From Perna viridis (Eukaryota): DNA of 64,000 nucleotides. This document shows positions 25,441 to 36,899 of the stretch, in pieces (position 1 is the first letter of the stretch; each line of letters begins with the position of its first letter). A program made the translations under genes and the position numbers. Location: the NCBI GenBank assembly GCA_037379345.1, contig CM074512.1, positions 32,488,001 through 32,552,000 of the forward strand, read 5' to 3'. The notes beneath the pieces are model-generated. The model had not been told where the DNA came from and ran no database searches. It saw only the letters and a program-made list of their open reading frames with translations.

Positions 25441-25585
25441 GGCTAGCTGACCAAGTGGTCTAGGGCGCTGGACTTTGTGCAGGCGGTGTTGCCATAGATG
25501 TCACAGCGGTACGAGTTCGAGTCCAGCGTAGGGAACGACCAAAAATTTGCATCGCAAATTTGACAGTTCTTACATCATTGGGAAT
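25441..25585 (+). mobile_element. tRNA-derived SINE
   Basis: A-box-like TGACCAAGTGG-TCTAGGGCGCTGG and B-box GAGTTCGAGTCC, followed by a non-tRNA body. No complete cloverleaf. Confidence 0.65.
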
Positions 25586-26469
25586 TTTTCAGACCTTACT
25601 ATATAGCTAATCTATAAAAAAAATAAATATGAATTAAAAATTGACTCCGTTGCACATGATGTCAAAGTCTCAATCTGCCTAAAAACGATTCAAAGTCTGT
25701 TTTTTATTAAAAAAAAAAATGATATTTAACACAAATTCTCCATCTATAGTTTCAAGTATTTGATTGGTCGAAATTTGATATGAGGAAGGATTTGAGGAAA
25801 ATCTTAATTTGAGGATCTTTGTGAAACCAGGTCTTGACAATAACAAATTAGGAGTAATATCCAAGGATTGTCACCTTTTAAATTATCATATTATATTATA
25901 CTATAATTAAAGCCAATTTAATTGAAATTATTTAATAAGTATGTCACCTGTTTTAACGTAACTCAACAATAAGTATCATTTATTATTCAAAATATGTAAA
26001 ATATCCAATAAATGTTGTGATGATCTTGACGTTCATATAAAATTTAATGATATGAACACACTTCATGAAACTGTTTCATTGAAATGGTCATTTTAATACT
26101 CTTTATTTTGTCTCTATCTCGTTAGTCACTGAATTGGTTACTCGTAGAAGTAAACAAGACAAAATACGGGAATTATAAAGAAATTTTTAAATACTGTATA
26201 TTCCTTGAAATAGTTTCGATGACAAAAAATATTTTTCACTCCCATCATATATAAGCATGTTTATTGAAAATAACAAAAACAGTATTATTCTTTTAAAACG
26301 ATGTCTGTTCAAAAGTTACATAATAACAAAACTAAACAAATAAAAAAGAATCACGCAATTAACTCCCAAAATAAACAGAATTGAAAAATATGTAATTACT
26401 TCTCACTTAAAATGCATGTATATGTTGGGCGTATTTAAATTCTTGTTACAGAATTTTATTGAAAATGAT

Positions 26470-27608
26470 TTATTCGTTATTATTCTGGTCACCGAGGGCA
26501 TCCTCGCGACCTTTATAACAACGAGCAACAATCTTTTTCAAGACACAGCGGAGGGATTCGTCCAGTTCATCGCGAACTTGAAGATAGACATTAATTTCCT
26601 GTTGTAGGACGGTTGGGTTGGTGTCGATACCTTTTAACTCGTACGAATTCATGAGTTTTGTTTTGCGCTGAACTCTAGAATGGATGAGTGAAATTATTAT
26701 ATTCACGTCCTTAATTTCCTCTTCGGTGAACCCCATTTCTTTAAGTACAGTCCAAAGGCTGTATCTGATATCATCTTTTGTCAGATCTCGCTTTAGGGAC
26801 TTAAGTGTGCTGTATCTAATATCCTTGTTTTCAAGCCTGGTCAGAACTTCGTCAAAAAATACGCACACATGGTTCATCAGTATAGTCGCTCTCTTGTCCC
26901 CTGGTCGAACTAACGTGTGGAGTAGACTGAACATCCGTTTTTCTTCAGTAACCTTTAGCAACAAAATGGAAAGTTAGAGAATTTTACACAGTAAATGTTT
27001 CTTCACAACGCCAGAAGCATTTTCAGTGTCAATTTTTCCTGATCCCTAACAGGTGCATTCTTATGATACTGAGCAATGTTTATTGTAGATAAATCTGAAA
27101 ATTATAGCTTTAGTGTTCTAGATGTTTTAATCCCTTTTGGGTTAGTACAAACTTAAGTGTCTATATATCATATTTGATTGGATTTGTATGTTTTTATGTC
27201 AAATTTGGCAAACCACGGAAATTGTTTGATGCATATATATACGTCACGGGCATTGAAACCGACGTATGCTTGACACTTTGGGGTTTAAAATGTAGTCACA
27301 TGCGATGCTTTATTGCTAATCTCCATTGATTCATAAACATGAGGTAACACAAGGGTATTTCTTTCTTGCTAACATGAATCCCTACTAAGACATACGTTTA
27401 CATGTACCTTTCTGTCATATTGATGAACCCAGGTTTCAATTTCTGCAGTCCTTTTCAGAATCCCATCAAACTGCTTCTCAAGTTCGATCGCCTTAGCTTC
27501 CAGAGCTGTAAGCTTTCGTTCCAATTTAGGTGAAGAAATTTTCTGTGCATTCTGTGTTTCGCTTGAGCTCTCAGACATTTCTCTTACATTCTGTTTTTCA
27601 TATGACAT
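26470..27608 (-). CDS. Uncharacterised 227-aa protein with N-terminal coiled coil, 2 coding exons
   Basis: Exon 27608-27408 (MSYEKQ..YDRK|gtacat, phase 0) joins exon 26952-26470 (ttgctaaag|VTEEKRMF..QNNNE*). Heptad pattern LERKLTALEAKAIELEKQF. AATAAA on the minus strand near 26455. No family recognised. Confidence 0.7.
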
Positions 27609-28014
27609 TTTTTGTGACGTCGGTTTAATGAACGCTAATCTCTTGTAAAAGAAGTCCCGCGGCGTTGGGATGTAAAACTTTGTATATGTAATACACTAAA
27701 TTTACCTTTTAAATTATATACTTATCAGCTGGAAACAGCATGACGTTCCTTCTTCTGACATGCCCGTCGTTTCATAATTGAAGAAATGGCATTTTACATG
27801 CATGTCGAACGCTTCTTTCAAAAGTTTTTATTACATCTCTGAACATGTAGCCTTAAATATCGTGTTTTCTTACTACGAACAAGTTCATATTTCGTTGCTC
27901 TCTTCCAGGTACGCTATTAGCACTATAAGGGGTGTTTCTGAAAAAAAATATAAAGAACGCTCTCTTTATACTTCTAGTACATGTAGATTTGTATCTGCGA
28001 CCCATATTCAGTGT

Positions 28015-29096
28015 TTTTATGCTCCCACAACTAAAAGTTGGGGAGGGGATGTTGTTTTACTCTCGTCCGTACGCGTCCGACCCGCACGTTTTCGCACGAT
28101 AATTCAGAAATGCTTGCAATTTCAAATTGAAACTTGAGAAGGAGTATATATATATCTACAGTGGGAAGCGCCCTTTATTTTTTTTTTCAATTCCAATTTT
28201 ACGTTTTCGAGTTGTCCATATTTGTTCATAAAATGGGTGGTGTTTTCCAGTTATCGCACACTTCATGTAACTAAAAATAAAACGCTTCCAACAATTTTAA
28301 TGAAATAGTAATCAAGGGAACCAAGGTTATAACGGTAATCAAAAGAATGTAATCCAGAGACAAAGACCAGACATGGAAAACAGACATACACAACAAAGAA
28401 CATAAAGTAACTAAAATCATACATACAAAGTAACAAAAGTAAATGAGCAACTCATTATGAATTGAGTATGGGAAAATATATTTATCTGTAATAGGAGGCT
28501 TCCTTTAATTTTTTAGAAAAATTCGTTTTTGTTTTCGAGATATTGAAATTTATTCATATAAAAAGGTGCTGTTTCTAATTTTAACGTAATAACTTAAATA
28601 CACCTTCACCAATCAAATTAGAACCTTTGGAAAAGTGTTTACTATAAGCTCCTTTTATTTATTTACTTATTTTTGAAACATTTAAACATTCCGTTTTCGA
28701 ATTACGGAAATTTAGTCAAAAAAGGGGAGGGTGTGCAGATTTTGCACAAAAACTAAAAACAATGCTTACATATATATATTAAAATGAAACTTAAAGAAAT
28801 TGTTTATATCTTTAGTGGGAAGCTCCCTTTCATGTTTAATTATTCCAATTTTTTCATTCGAAAACATGCATCAACTTGTGTGATACGTCAAACGATTTCG
28901 CGATGGTATTTGATCCAAATTTAGCAGATCCTCGGCTCAGTAAAAAGTTGTTTATTTTTTGTGTTGACATATTTTTCATGTGCAGTGCAGCATTTGTGTG
29001 TACCGGACATAAAAGATGTCTCTTCGCTAGTCCTACATGATTGTTTTTTGCATAACAGTTGTGTAATGTGAAGTGCAGACATCACTTTGTCTAGTT
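28015..29096 (+). mobile_element. Helentron/HINE-like element, interrupted by a minus-strand copy of the dispersed repeat (~28305-28465)
   Basis: 5' tttttatgctcccacaac..gttgggga hairpin plus gtccgt seed, diverged internal units (gtgggaagc(g/t)ccctt), 3' gtCTAGTT. Confidence 0.55.
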
Positions 29097-30122
29097 TATT
29101 TTGAAAGTTATCAGTTTTTGTCTGTCGTTTTATACCCTCTTGTAAGCCAATGCCTTGATTTTCATGTGAATGGCATTCTTTTTGGAAGTGAATTCAATAT
29201 TTGGAGAAGGATGTTCTGAATTGAAGAAAATGAACTATATAAAGCCGCTTTATGTCTTCACAACTATTTTATTTAAAAATATAAAAAAAAAATATTAAAA
29301 GAAAATATTAAGACAAAAAGTAGTTCTTAATAAGTAAACATAAACAACGAAAAAATGTAAACTAATATAAACACAAACATGACACGAGGAGTTACTAGCC
29401 TTCAGTTCGTACATGTACACTGCCTAAGGTTAGTTAGATTAAATGCTGACAGAGTAACGGCGATAACTAAGTAGTTGGTTTGATTTAGGTAATGATAGTG
29501 TATTTTAACAAATCCACCAAATTAAAGATTTTTTTTCCAATTTTGCTATATTGTAACAGTGGACATTGGTCTATGTGCGATTGTAGGTCTTTACTGAAGT
29601 TTTAATTGAATACAAGTTGCTTATTTTGATTTTAAAGTTCTAGACAAATTAATATACGATATATTATTATCATATCAATAGTATTAAAACTAAACTGGTG
29701 AGATGAATATGAGAGCATTAGTCAATGAATTTTTATAAATAAAATTACATACTGAAAAAAGTAGACAAAAAATGGTGAAAACATAATGGAAAAATATGAA
29801 AAAGAAATTCACTTATTTAAATACATATATTATGCAGTCTTCTAAAGCAAATTTAGCACCGTATTTGTTTTAGGTAATGTCAGACTTTGACTTAAATTGT
29901 ACACGTGTACCATTATTTCCGTCAGAAGTGAAGAAAAATAAACAATGATTTAGCACTCGTATCTTGTAAGTTATCGGGTCGTAATTTGTTTGTTGTAAGT
30001 AATTCTTCCAATAAAAATCCAAATCTGACACACTTAATGAATACATTTAACAAAATATACAGAGACTTAAATAGTCAAATTTGCTTGACTGATCAATATT
30101 CTCCGAGAGTACCTAGTAATAT

Positions 30123-31460
30123 TTAAATTGGCTGTTTCTTCAAATCTTCTTGAGAGTCGGAAATTTTCACACCTAAAATGGGAGACCTAATGTGTCGGAT
30201 TATTGTCAAAACTACTTTCACGAGGAACAACAGGCTCCCAACAGTCAACAGAACAAGAGTGATGATTGTATTTCTATTATCAATGTTGTAGTTTTCGCTC
30301 AAACTTCCAATAAGGGCAACAATAATCACAAGATATGGAGTGAGTGTATAACGAGTGAATTTGTCCCAGAAGAAGAAGTCTAATGTAACGAAGACAACAA
30401 TTTGGGCTGCAATAATCGACAATGCTACCGTGCCGCCATTTTGGACTGAAATATCGATAGTTGATCTGTACACCAAAACCATGTTCAGATTCAAATTTGT
30501 GGCAATGGTGCACCAAGTAGCATAAACAGAAATTCCATTCTGTACAAGAATTCTTGTCAGCCAAATATCCCATTTCCGATCCGATTTTTGAAGAGTGTGC
30601 AAATTGTTATTCAATGCTCTGTAAGTCAGGAACAAGCATGCGTAGAGAGTAATATACATCATCAGCAAGACAGCAAAACAGGCTTCGAGATGCTCCCTAT
30701 CAAATAGAAAAATCCAACACAGATTTAACGCCATGTTGACAATAAAATTAACGAAAAATGGAGCGCATAATAATTCCGGGTCGTTGAACGCATAACCAGA
30801 TTCCGTCTTTCTGAAGATATTGGCAATTGTATAGATAAGCCACAGCGTTTCCCACACGTAGATCACGCCCCAAATGCTAAATGTCCACCCGGCTGGTGTT
30901 ATATCCAAGTAATATTTGTCCGAAATATTTCCAGTGCTGCTTTTGAAAATTCCTGATTCTGGAAATAAAAATGTACATATTTTAAGGAATTACTTTTTAC
31001 ACATTAACATGTGAATATGCTTAAAGTTAACGATAATTTTGTCCAATAACCAAGATATTATCATAATAAAACTAGATATGGAAATCAACAAGCCTTTTTA
31101 TATAAATAACTGGGTACAAGGTTTTATTCTTTAAACATTTCAATTACTTGATACATTTTTGTAACTGAAGAACAACACATCTTCATGTCGGCTTCTGTTT
31201 TTGTGCCTGCTCAAGGGGGTGCTTTAGAAGTTTCAGTAAATCATAAAATTGTTCATCTATAGCATGCCTGACTGATTTATTAAACAGCTGTAGAAATTAA
31301 TGGACTTGGAATTAAATCAGATAGTATATTTCAAGAAAGAACTGACTGTAGTAAACCCACCTCTACCAACAGAACTTCCAGACAAAGCATTAAATGATGT
31401 CGCCACTGCATACATGAGGCACGCGCCTATCACGAGCCCGACGTACGTACAACGGTCCAT
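30123..31460 (-). CDS. Multi-pass membrane protein, TspO/tryptophan-rich sensory protein-like, 311 aa, 2 coding exons
   Basis: Exon 31460-31361 (MDRCTYVG..SVGR G|gtgggt) and exon 30958-30123 (tttccag|AA), 936 nt in frame. Motifs ISDKYYLDITPAGWTFSIWGVIY, LNLCWIFLF and NGISVYATWCTIATNLN; about 8 hydrophobic segments. Probable non-coding exon 1 ends at 32141. Confidence 0.85.
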
Positions 31461-32221
31461 TTTCTGTTGAAAAAAGACAATAAGATTACAATAAAAAAAC
31501 AAACATAAATGAACAAAAAAAACCAAAAAAACAACAGAGCAATCACTAGAAAGTTTAGAGGTTTATAACGAGAACACATTTGAATCATCAAATAAGTTTA
31601 ATTTGCCTAAGAAAATTAAATTGGAATTATTTAACTGAAAACTTGTGTTATTTTTCTTTTTATAGATAACAAGATAAATCAAAATCAATCAGGTTTTTTT
31701 TTCGAGGAAAGAAGTTGAATAGACTAATTCGACTTATGAGCCTAAAATGCTAACGGTGACCACGTAAAGGTGATCCACAGAATTATGTTTAACAAGACTG
31801 TTTGGTCAATTGTAAATACTGAATTTGGACTCAAAACTTTATTATAGTGCAGCCTGAGTTTACATTTTGTTACATTAATATATTCTACATTGTCAGCCAG
31901 CCTTCGAAGTTCTTTTAAATTCTAGATTACATTTTTCAATAAAACACAAATGACAGATAAAGCAATTAAATAAATGTTTGTTTTGTGAAAATATTATATT
32001 ATTACTAACAGAAAAACTTTCTGAAAATGAATTAAATTATATTAAAATAAACCTTAATTAGACGATTTCATACAAGTATGTATATAAATATACGGTTATT
32101 CTGACAAAAAGATACATTTTAAAACAATAACAATTCCTACCTTTATTGTGTCGAATTAGCCTCTCGTCAATGAATAAAATATTTTTTATTCTTGTATTTA
32201 TTTGTAACTGTTTCATAACCA

Positions 32222-32254
32222 GCTTATACAACCAACCACGTGAGAAAACACGTG
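32222..32254 (-). promoter_or_regulatory. TATA-like box plus tandem canonical E-boxes
   Basis: CACGTG at 32237-32242 and 32249-32254 (6-nt spacer); TATAAG on the minus strand at ~32228; splice donor (aag|gtagga) at 32140. Confidence 0.55.
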
Positions 32255-33214
32255 TTAGTTATTAGTCTTAAAAGAGCCTTTAAATGACACTGTAACGCAG
32301 ATGCGAGTCGGTAAACACCTATTCATAAGCTGAGATTGTAGATCGTTAATAATTTATAGTTCATTATAATAATAGAAGTTTTTCGCAGACATATAAAACA
32401 AAACGATTTGACAGTTTGGTAATCGATGGCAAGAACCCAAATATTTATTATATGTTTTTATACGAAAATAATTTTATCAATTCGTATGTGGAGCTCCAAC
32501 TTTTTAGCCCGAGGCACTTAATCGGAAATGTACTTAATCGGAACTTATGCAAGCGTCCATAGGCTATACATAATACATTACGGTTCTGGGTTATATCCAA
32601 TACATATTTTGCAGTTTTCTATGCACTGTTTGAAAGTACCAACTTTCTTTTTTTAAACTACATTTAGTTCAGAAATCAAAACTACATATATACATTTAGT
32701 TCAGTAATCACTAATACTGGTACTCCTTTAGACTCATCTTTCCAACTGTTCTATATTCTCCTCCTCTTCATTACACAGAAGAAATTGCGGATCTATTTCG
32801 TTCTTATACAAAAAGTCATTTTTATTTTCTTGCTCAGCAGGATGTATGAACATGTCAGTAATTTCAAATTTAACTGGCAGTCTGGCAATATCAAGTGGCG
32901 AATAACATTGAATTTTGAAAATCGGACGAATCTTGCCGTTAGTAAGATTGTCTAAAAGGGCTGTAGACAGGTTTTCTGAATGGGGGTGCGAACCAATCAC
33001 TGATAAGCAATTGTACTTTGTTATCTGGTATGATTTCTCTTTAATTACAGGCTAAGAAGTACATCAGTTTTTTTTTTTTCAAGAGGGGATGCGATCGCAC
33101 CCCATGGCTACGACCTTGTCTAAGGATAGGTAGTGTAGCCCCGATTATTGCGGTAATATATCCAATGTGACATCACTCCAAGTTTCCAACAGTTTTTTTT
33201 TTTTTTTGGACAAG

Positions 33215-34600
33215 CGAAGTCCAAATTGATTTCTGGAGCGTGTTATATTAATGGAGGATAAATTTCATTGCAACAGACCAGCTGGAGCTTTCATCATTTT
33301 CACTATCAACTGATCATGACATAACATTTATTTTCCATACTTTCATCCGCCTGATGACATTTGTTGTTAAATAGGCCAATGGCTCTGATGATCGTGTGAA
33401 TTTGTGCACCGACTGGAAGTATTCCCGTTAGAGTGTATATGACGGCACCTGCTACATTTGGTGGAAGAGATAAAATTAACTCAACATTTTCTTTTGAAAG
33501 TTTTTAAATTTTATCAAATAGTTTGAGAAATTAATGATTAATAATTTCTTTCCATATAAAGTACAGGTGTAGCGTATATTTTGTACAAATGAACTATGGC
33601 GCCACCATTAAGTCCATTTTGTCCGGGAAAGCCGCTGCCGTATTTACTTGCCTCTTTTATGTTTTGTCCGACTTTATTCATATTGGTTTTCAGAGATTGT
33701 GTTCTTATAATCACTAGGTGTGTATCGATTTGTCTATACAACGGGCATTTTTGTTGAACCTAAAGTGTATTCTTGTATGAGTGGCGATTCATGTCACAAT
33801 AAGAACAATATTTCTATAATGATGCTTTTTTTCTATCATGATAGTTTCAACTTGTATCATAATACTAGTAAGGTGTGTAATGATACTTACTTGAAGTATC
33901 ATTATACTAATTGGAAGTATCATGATACTTGTTTCAAGAATCACGATACTTTGGGGGAATGGGGTTATCTTTATAAGTAAAAGGATGTTTCGCGGAAGTA
34001 TCATGATACTTGTTAATAGTATAATGATAATAGTTGAAAGTATAATAATTTCCAACAAATATCGTGATACTTTAAACTATCATGATACTTCCAATTAATA
34101 TAATGATACTTCAAGTAAGCACTATTATCTCATTACTATACACCTTACTAGTATCAAGATAGAGAAAAGCATCATTACAAAAATATCCTTATTGTGCATG
34201 AATCGCCACTCATATTCTTGTTCTGATGAAAGTACTTTTCGTTTGAAAGGTTTTGGAAGTACGTTTATTACTATCTTTAATTGTTTGCTGCAACTGGTAT
34301 TCTTCCATGTAGAAATAATCGTATAAATATTTGCGTAATAACTTCCTATGCGCTGATTAATGCAATACACGCTATATAATTGGTGCTAATGTTTCCTATT
34401 CTAAATTCTATGCCGGATGCCTCAAATCGGTCGAGTAGCTGGTTGATATATGTATATACATGCAGCTTGTACAAGTCTGTACTATACAATGGCCGCGAAA
34501 CCTTTAACGTATGAGTTGTAGCTAGGATTAAGTCATATAACATACTACATTGTCAATGATGTGGAAGCAATCCCTTTATGGGTAAATCGTTATTAAACAT
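33215..34600 (-). pseudogene. Decayed LINE (RTE-X-like) RT fragments interrupted by a MITE
   Basis: Minus-strand fragments STDLYKL..YINQLLDRFEASGIEFRIGNI, THLVIIR and GSGFPGQNGLN..HLYKIYATPVLY. Boundaries approximate. Confidence 0.6.
33776..34214. mobile_element. MITE with internal array of palindromic AAGTATCATGATACTT units
   Basis: TIR TATGAGTGGCGATTCATG(T)CACAATAAG / CTTATTGTGCATGAATCGCCACTCATA; TTCTTG duplicated at 33770-33775 and 34215-34220. Confidence 0.8.
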
Positions 34601-36089
34601 TTCCTACCCTTTACTGCAGCAAGAAGAGGGGCAAACGAAGACAAGAGGTGTTGTGTATTCATGATATTGACCAAGAACCCAGGTTACGTTGACCATTGAA
34701 ATCATTCACCTTTTTCCGACCTTGCAAAATACTGTGGGATCCCGAGATTTGCAGAGAAGTTGCGATTGCTGCAGCCGTCTGCAGCGTCTAGACTGGGTTT
34801 TGAACAGTTAATTCGAAGCTTGCCATCCTTGATGCGCTATATATACTTATGATAAGTTTTTTAATATACATTTAATCAAAAACATCATCACCTGTCTATT
34901 ATATAGGCAGAATGTAGTTTATTTGAGGCATTTGCTGTACTGGAGAAGAAACAATCATATATTTAAACTATCTTCTATTGATATCCTTAAGGCTATTTCT
35001 AACCTTTAACACGTTTAAACGGACAGAAACCTCTGTATACTATAATTACGCATAACGCCTTATTAAAAACAAGACCACATGTTTTTTCACGTGAGTGTGC
35101 TTACTATAATTTACTAGATATATTTAAATTTACTAGTGGCTTGTTTTCGCCTCCACTCAGCTACAGTTCAAATCGTTCTATTTTGATTAAAAACATCCAT
35201 AGACAAAAAAAGACATCAATGAGATAAAAAAAATGTAAAAGTTATAAATACTGACGTAAAAGCAAGAAATCCATACATAATTAGAACAAGGAAAGGATAC
35301 TTGTTTAAAATTGTAGTTTAATTTTTTTCTTATTCATAAAGTATGAAAATTTGGTGAATTAATAGTATAATCTTCTGCAAATATGATTACATACATTTTA
35401 TACAGGGATTCTCCTGTGTTACACCGGTTTTGAGACACTACATTTTGTTGATCGCACCAAGAAATCCTGACGTTTCAAGGTTTAGGTACATGTATCAGGT
35501 GCAGGCGTAAACCACATCGTAATTAAGGTAGCTTGAGTGAACATACTTCTAAATTATAATGTAAAAAGCAGATCATAGCAATTTAAACCGAGATAATTGA
35601 TCCGTAGGTTATGGTCCATCTTAATTTGTTTACTTTCTAGCATATATTTAAAAGCTATTTTAATCATAAATAGTTAGACCCTTAAATACTAGAAAGTAAA
35701 CACAAAATAAGGTGGGCTACAAAGTTAAAACCACTGGGTTAAAACTTGTAGTATGAACAATGTGATACATTAATATTAAATTAACCTACCGTAAAAACCG
35801 GGTTAATCTAACTTATTGTAGCTATTAAATGTATTTTTCAGTTATAATCGAGAAATAAACGGGGTGTGAACTTGTTTTTTCTTATGACTCTTTATACGGA
35901 GCCCTATAACGTTATTCTAGTGATGCGCCCGTTATGTGTTAACTTGCGCTGAAAGTAGATTTAATGCCCGCAAAGGGTCGACGCGACAATTGTGACCTCG
36001 AATATTCAGCAGTAGGGCTACATTTTCCGTTCGTGTGAGGTTAAATACGTTGTCTTCTGGCTATTCCAAGATGGAAAAAAATTATATAT

Positions 36090-36247
36090 AGAATCTACAC
36101 GATAACGAGTTGATTATAGAATTTCTCACATCGAGTGAAACAAATTTTATCGTTTTAATAGCGTGGCTTGCCGAGCTATTCAAACTATAAAGTTTATTTC
36201 ACGAGATGTGAGAAATTCATAATAAACAAGCTTTGAGTGTAGATTCT
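36090..36247. repeat. Long imperfect palindrome (fold-back end of a non-autonomous DNA element)
   Basis: agaatctacac..gaatttctcacatcgagtgaaa / tttcacgagatgtgagaaattc..gtgtagattct. Confidence 0.7.
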
Positions 36248-36899
36248 GTTTCTCTAATGCCCTAAAAAATGTCAAAAATACCCAAAAATTAAAAGCGCGC
36301 GAAACGCTATGATTCCGATTCGTAGGAAACATGTTGATGTCATGCACACAAAATCAAACATTCCAAACAAAAGAAACCAGACGATTTCAAAGGTTTTTTT
36401 TTACTTCAAATCTTCCCGAGTCCCTTCATAATTCTTATTTAAGGTAAGAAAACACCAACATTATATCTCATTTAACTGAAATATAACTACAATAGCAATC
36501 GAGGCGATTCAAGATTGAGTCCAGGACAATCGATTTTTAACCCTTACTATGCCAATGAGCCTATAAATAGGCTTTTCATACTCCCGTGTTTTGCCAAGAG
36601 CCTACATATAGGCTTAGCAACTGTTGTCTTTACATTCAAGATTCAAGATTTCAAAATTTTAATAAGATAACTCGGACATAATGAATATGTAACATGAGAG
36701 TATTGTCATATATACACATAAAATAATACATTCAATGTAATAAAATAATAATATAGTATTCACAATAACAATAGACAATATAATTATACATGGTTTCAAA
36801 ATAATGCAACTATTCTTTTTATAAAAATACAAAAGTGCTGGAGACGAGGACCAGTCACCGGCATGCAATTTAAGTACAGATGGGTCCATCAAAACTATA

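Noticed and set aside
25441-25540. Functional tRNA gene
   Set aside because: A and B boxes are present, but there is no coherent acceptor or anticodon stem and a SINE-like body follows.
33720-34058. Repetitive hydrophobic ORFs (SIMIL repeats)
   Set aside because: Translation of the palindromic MITE array, not a protein gene.
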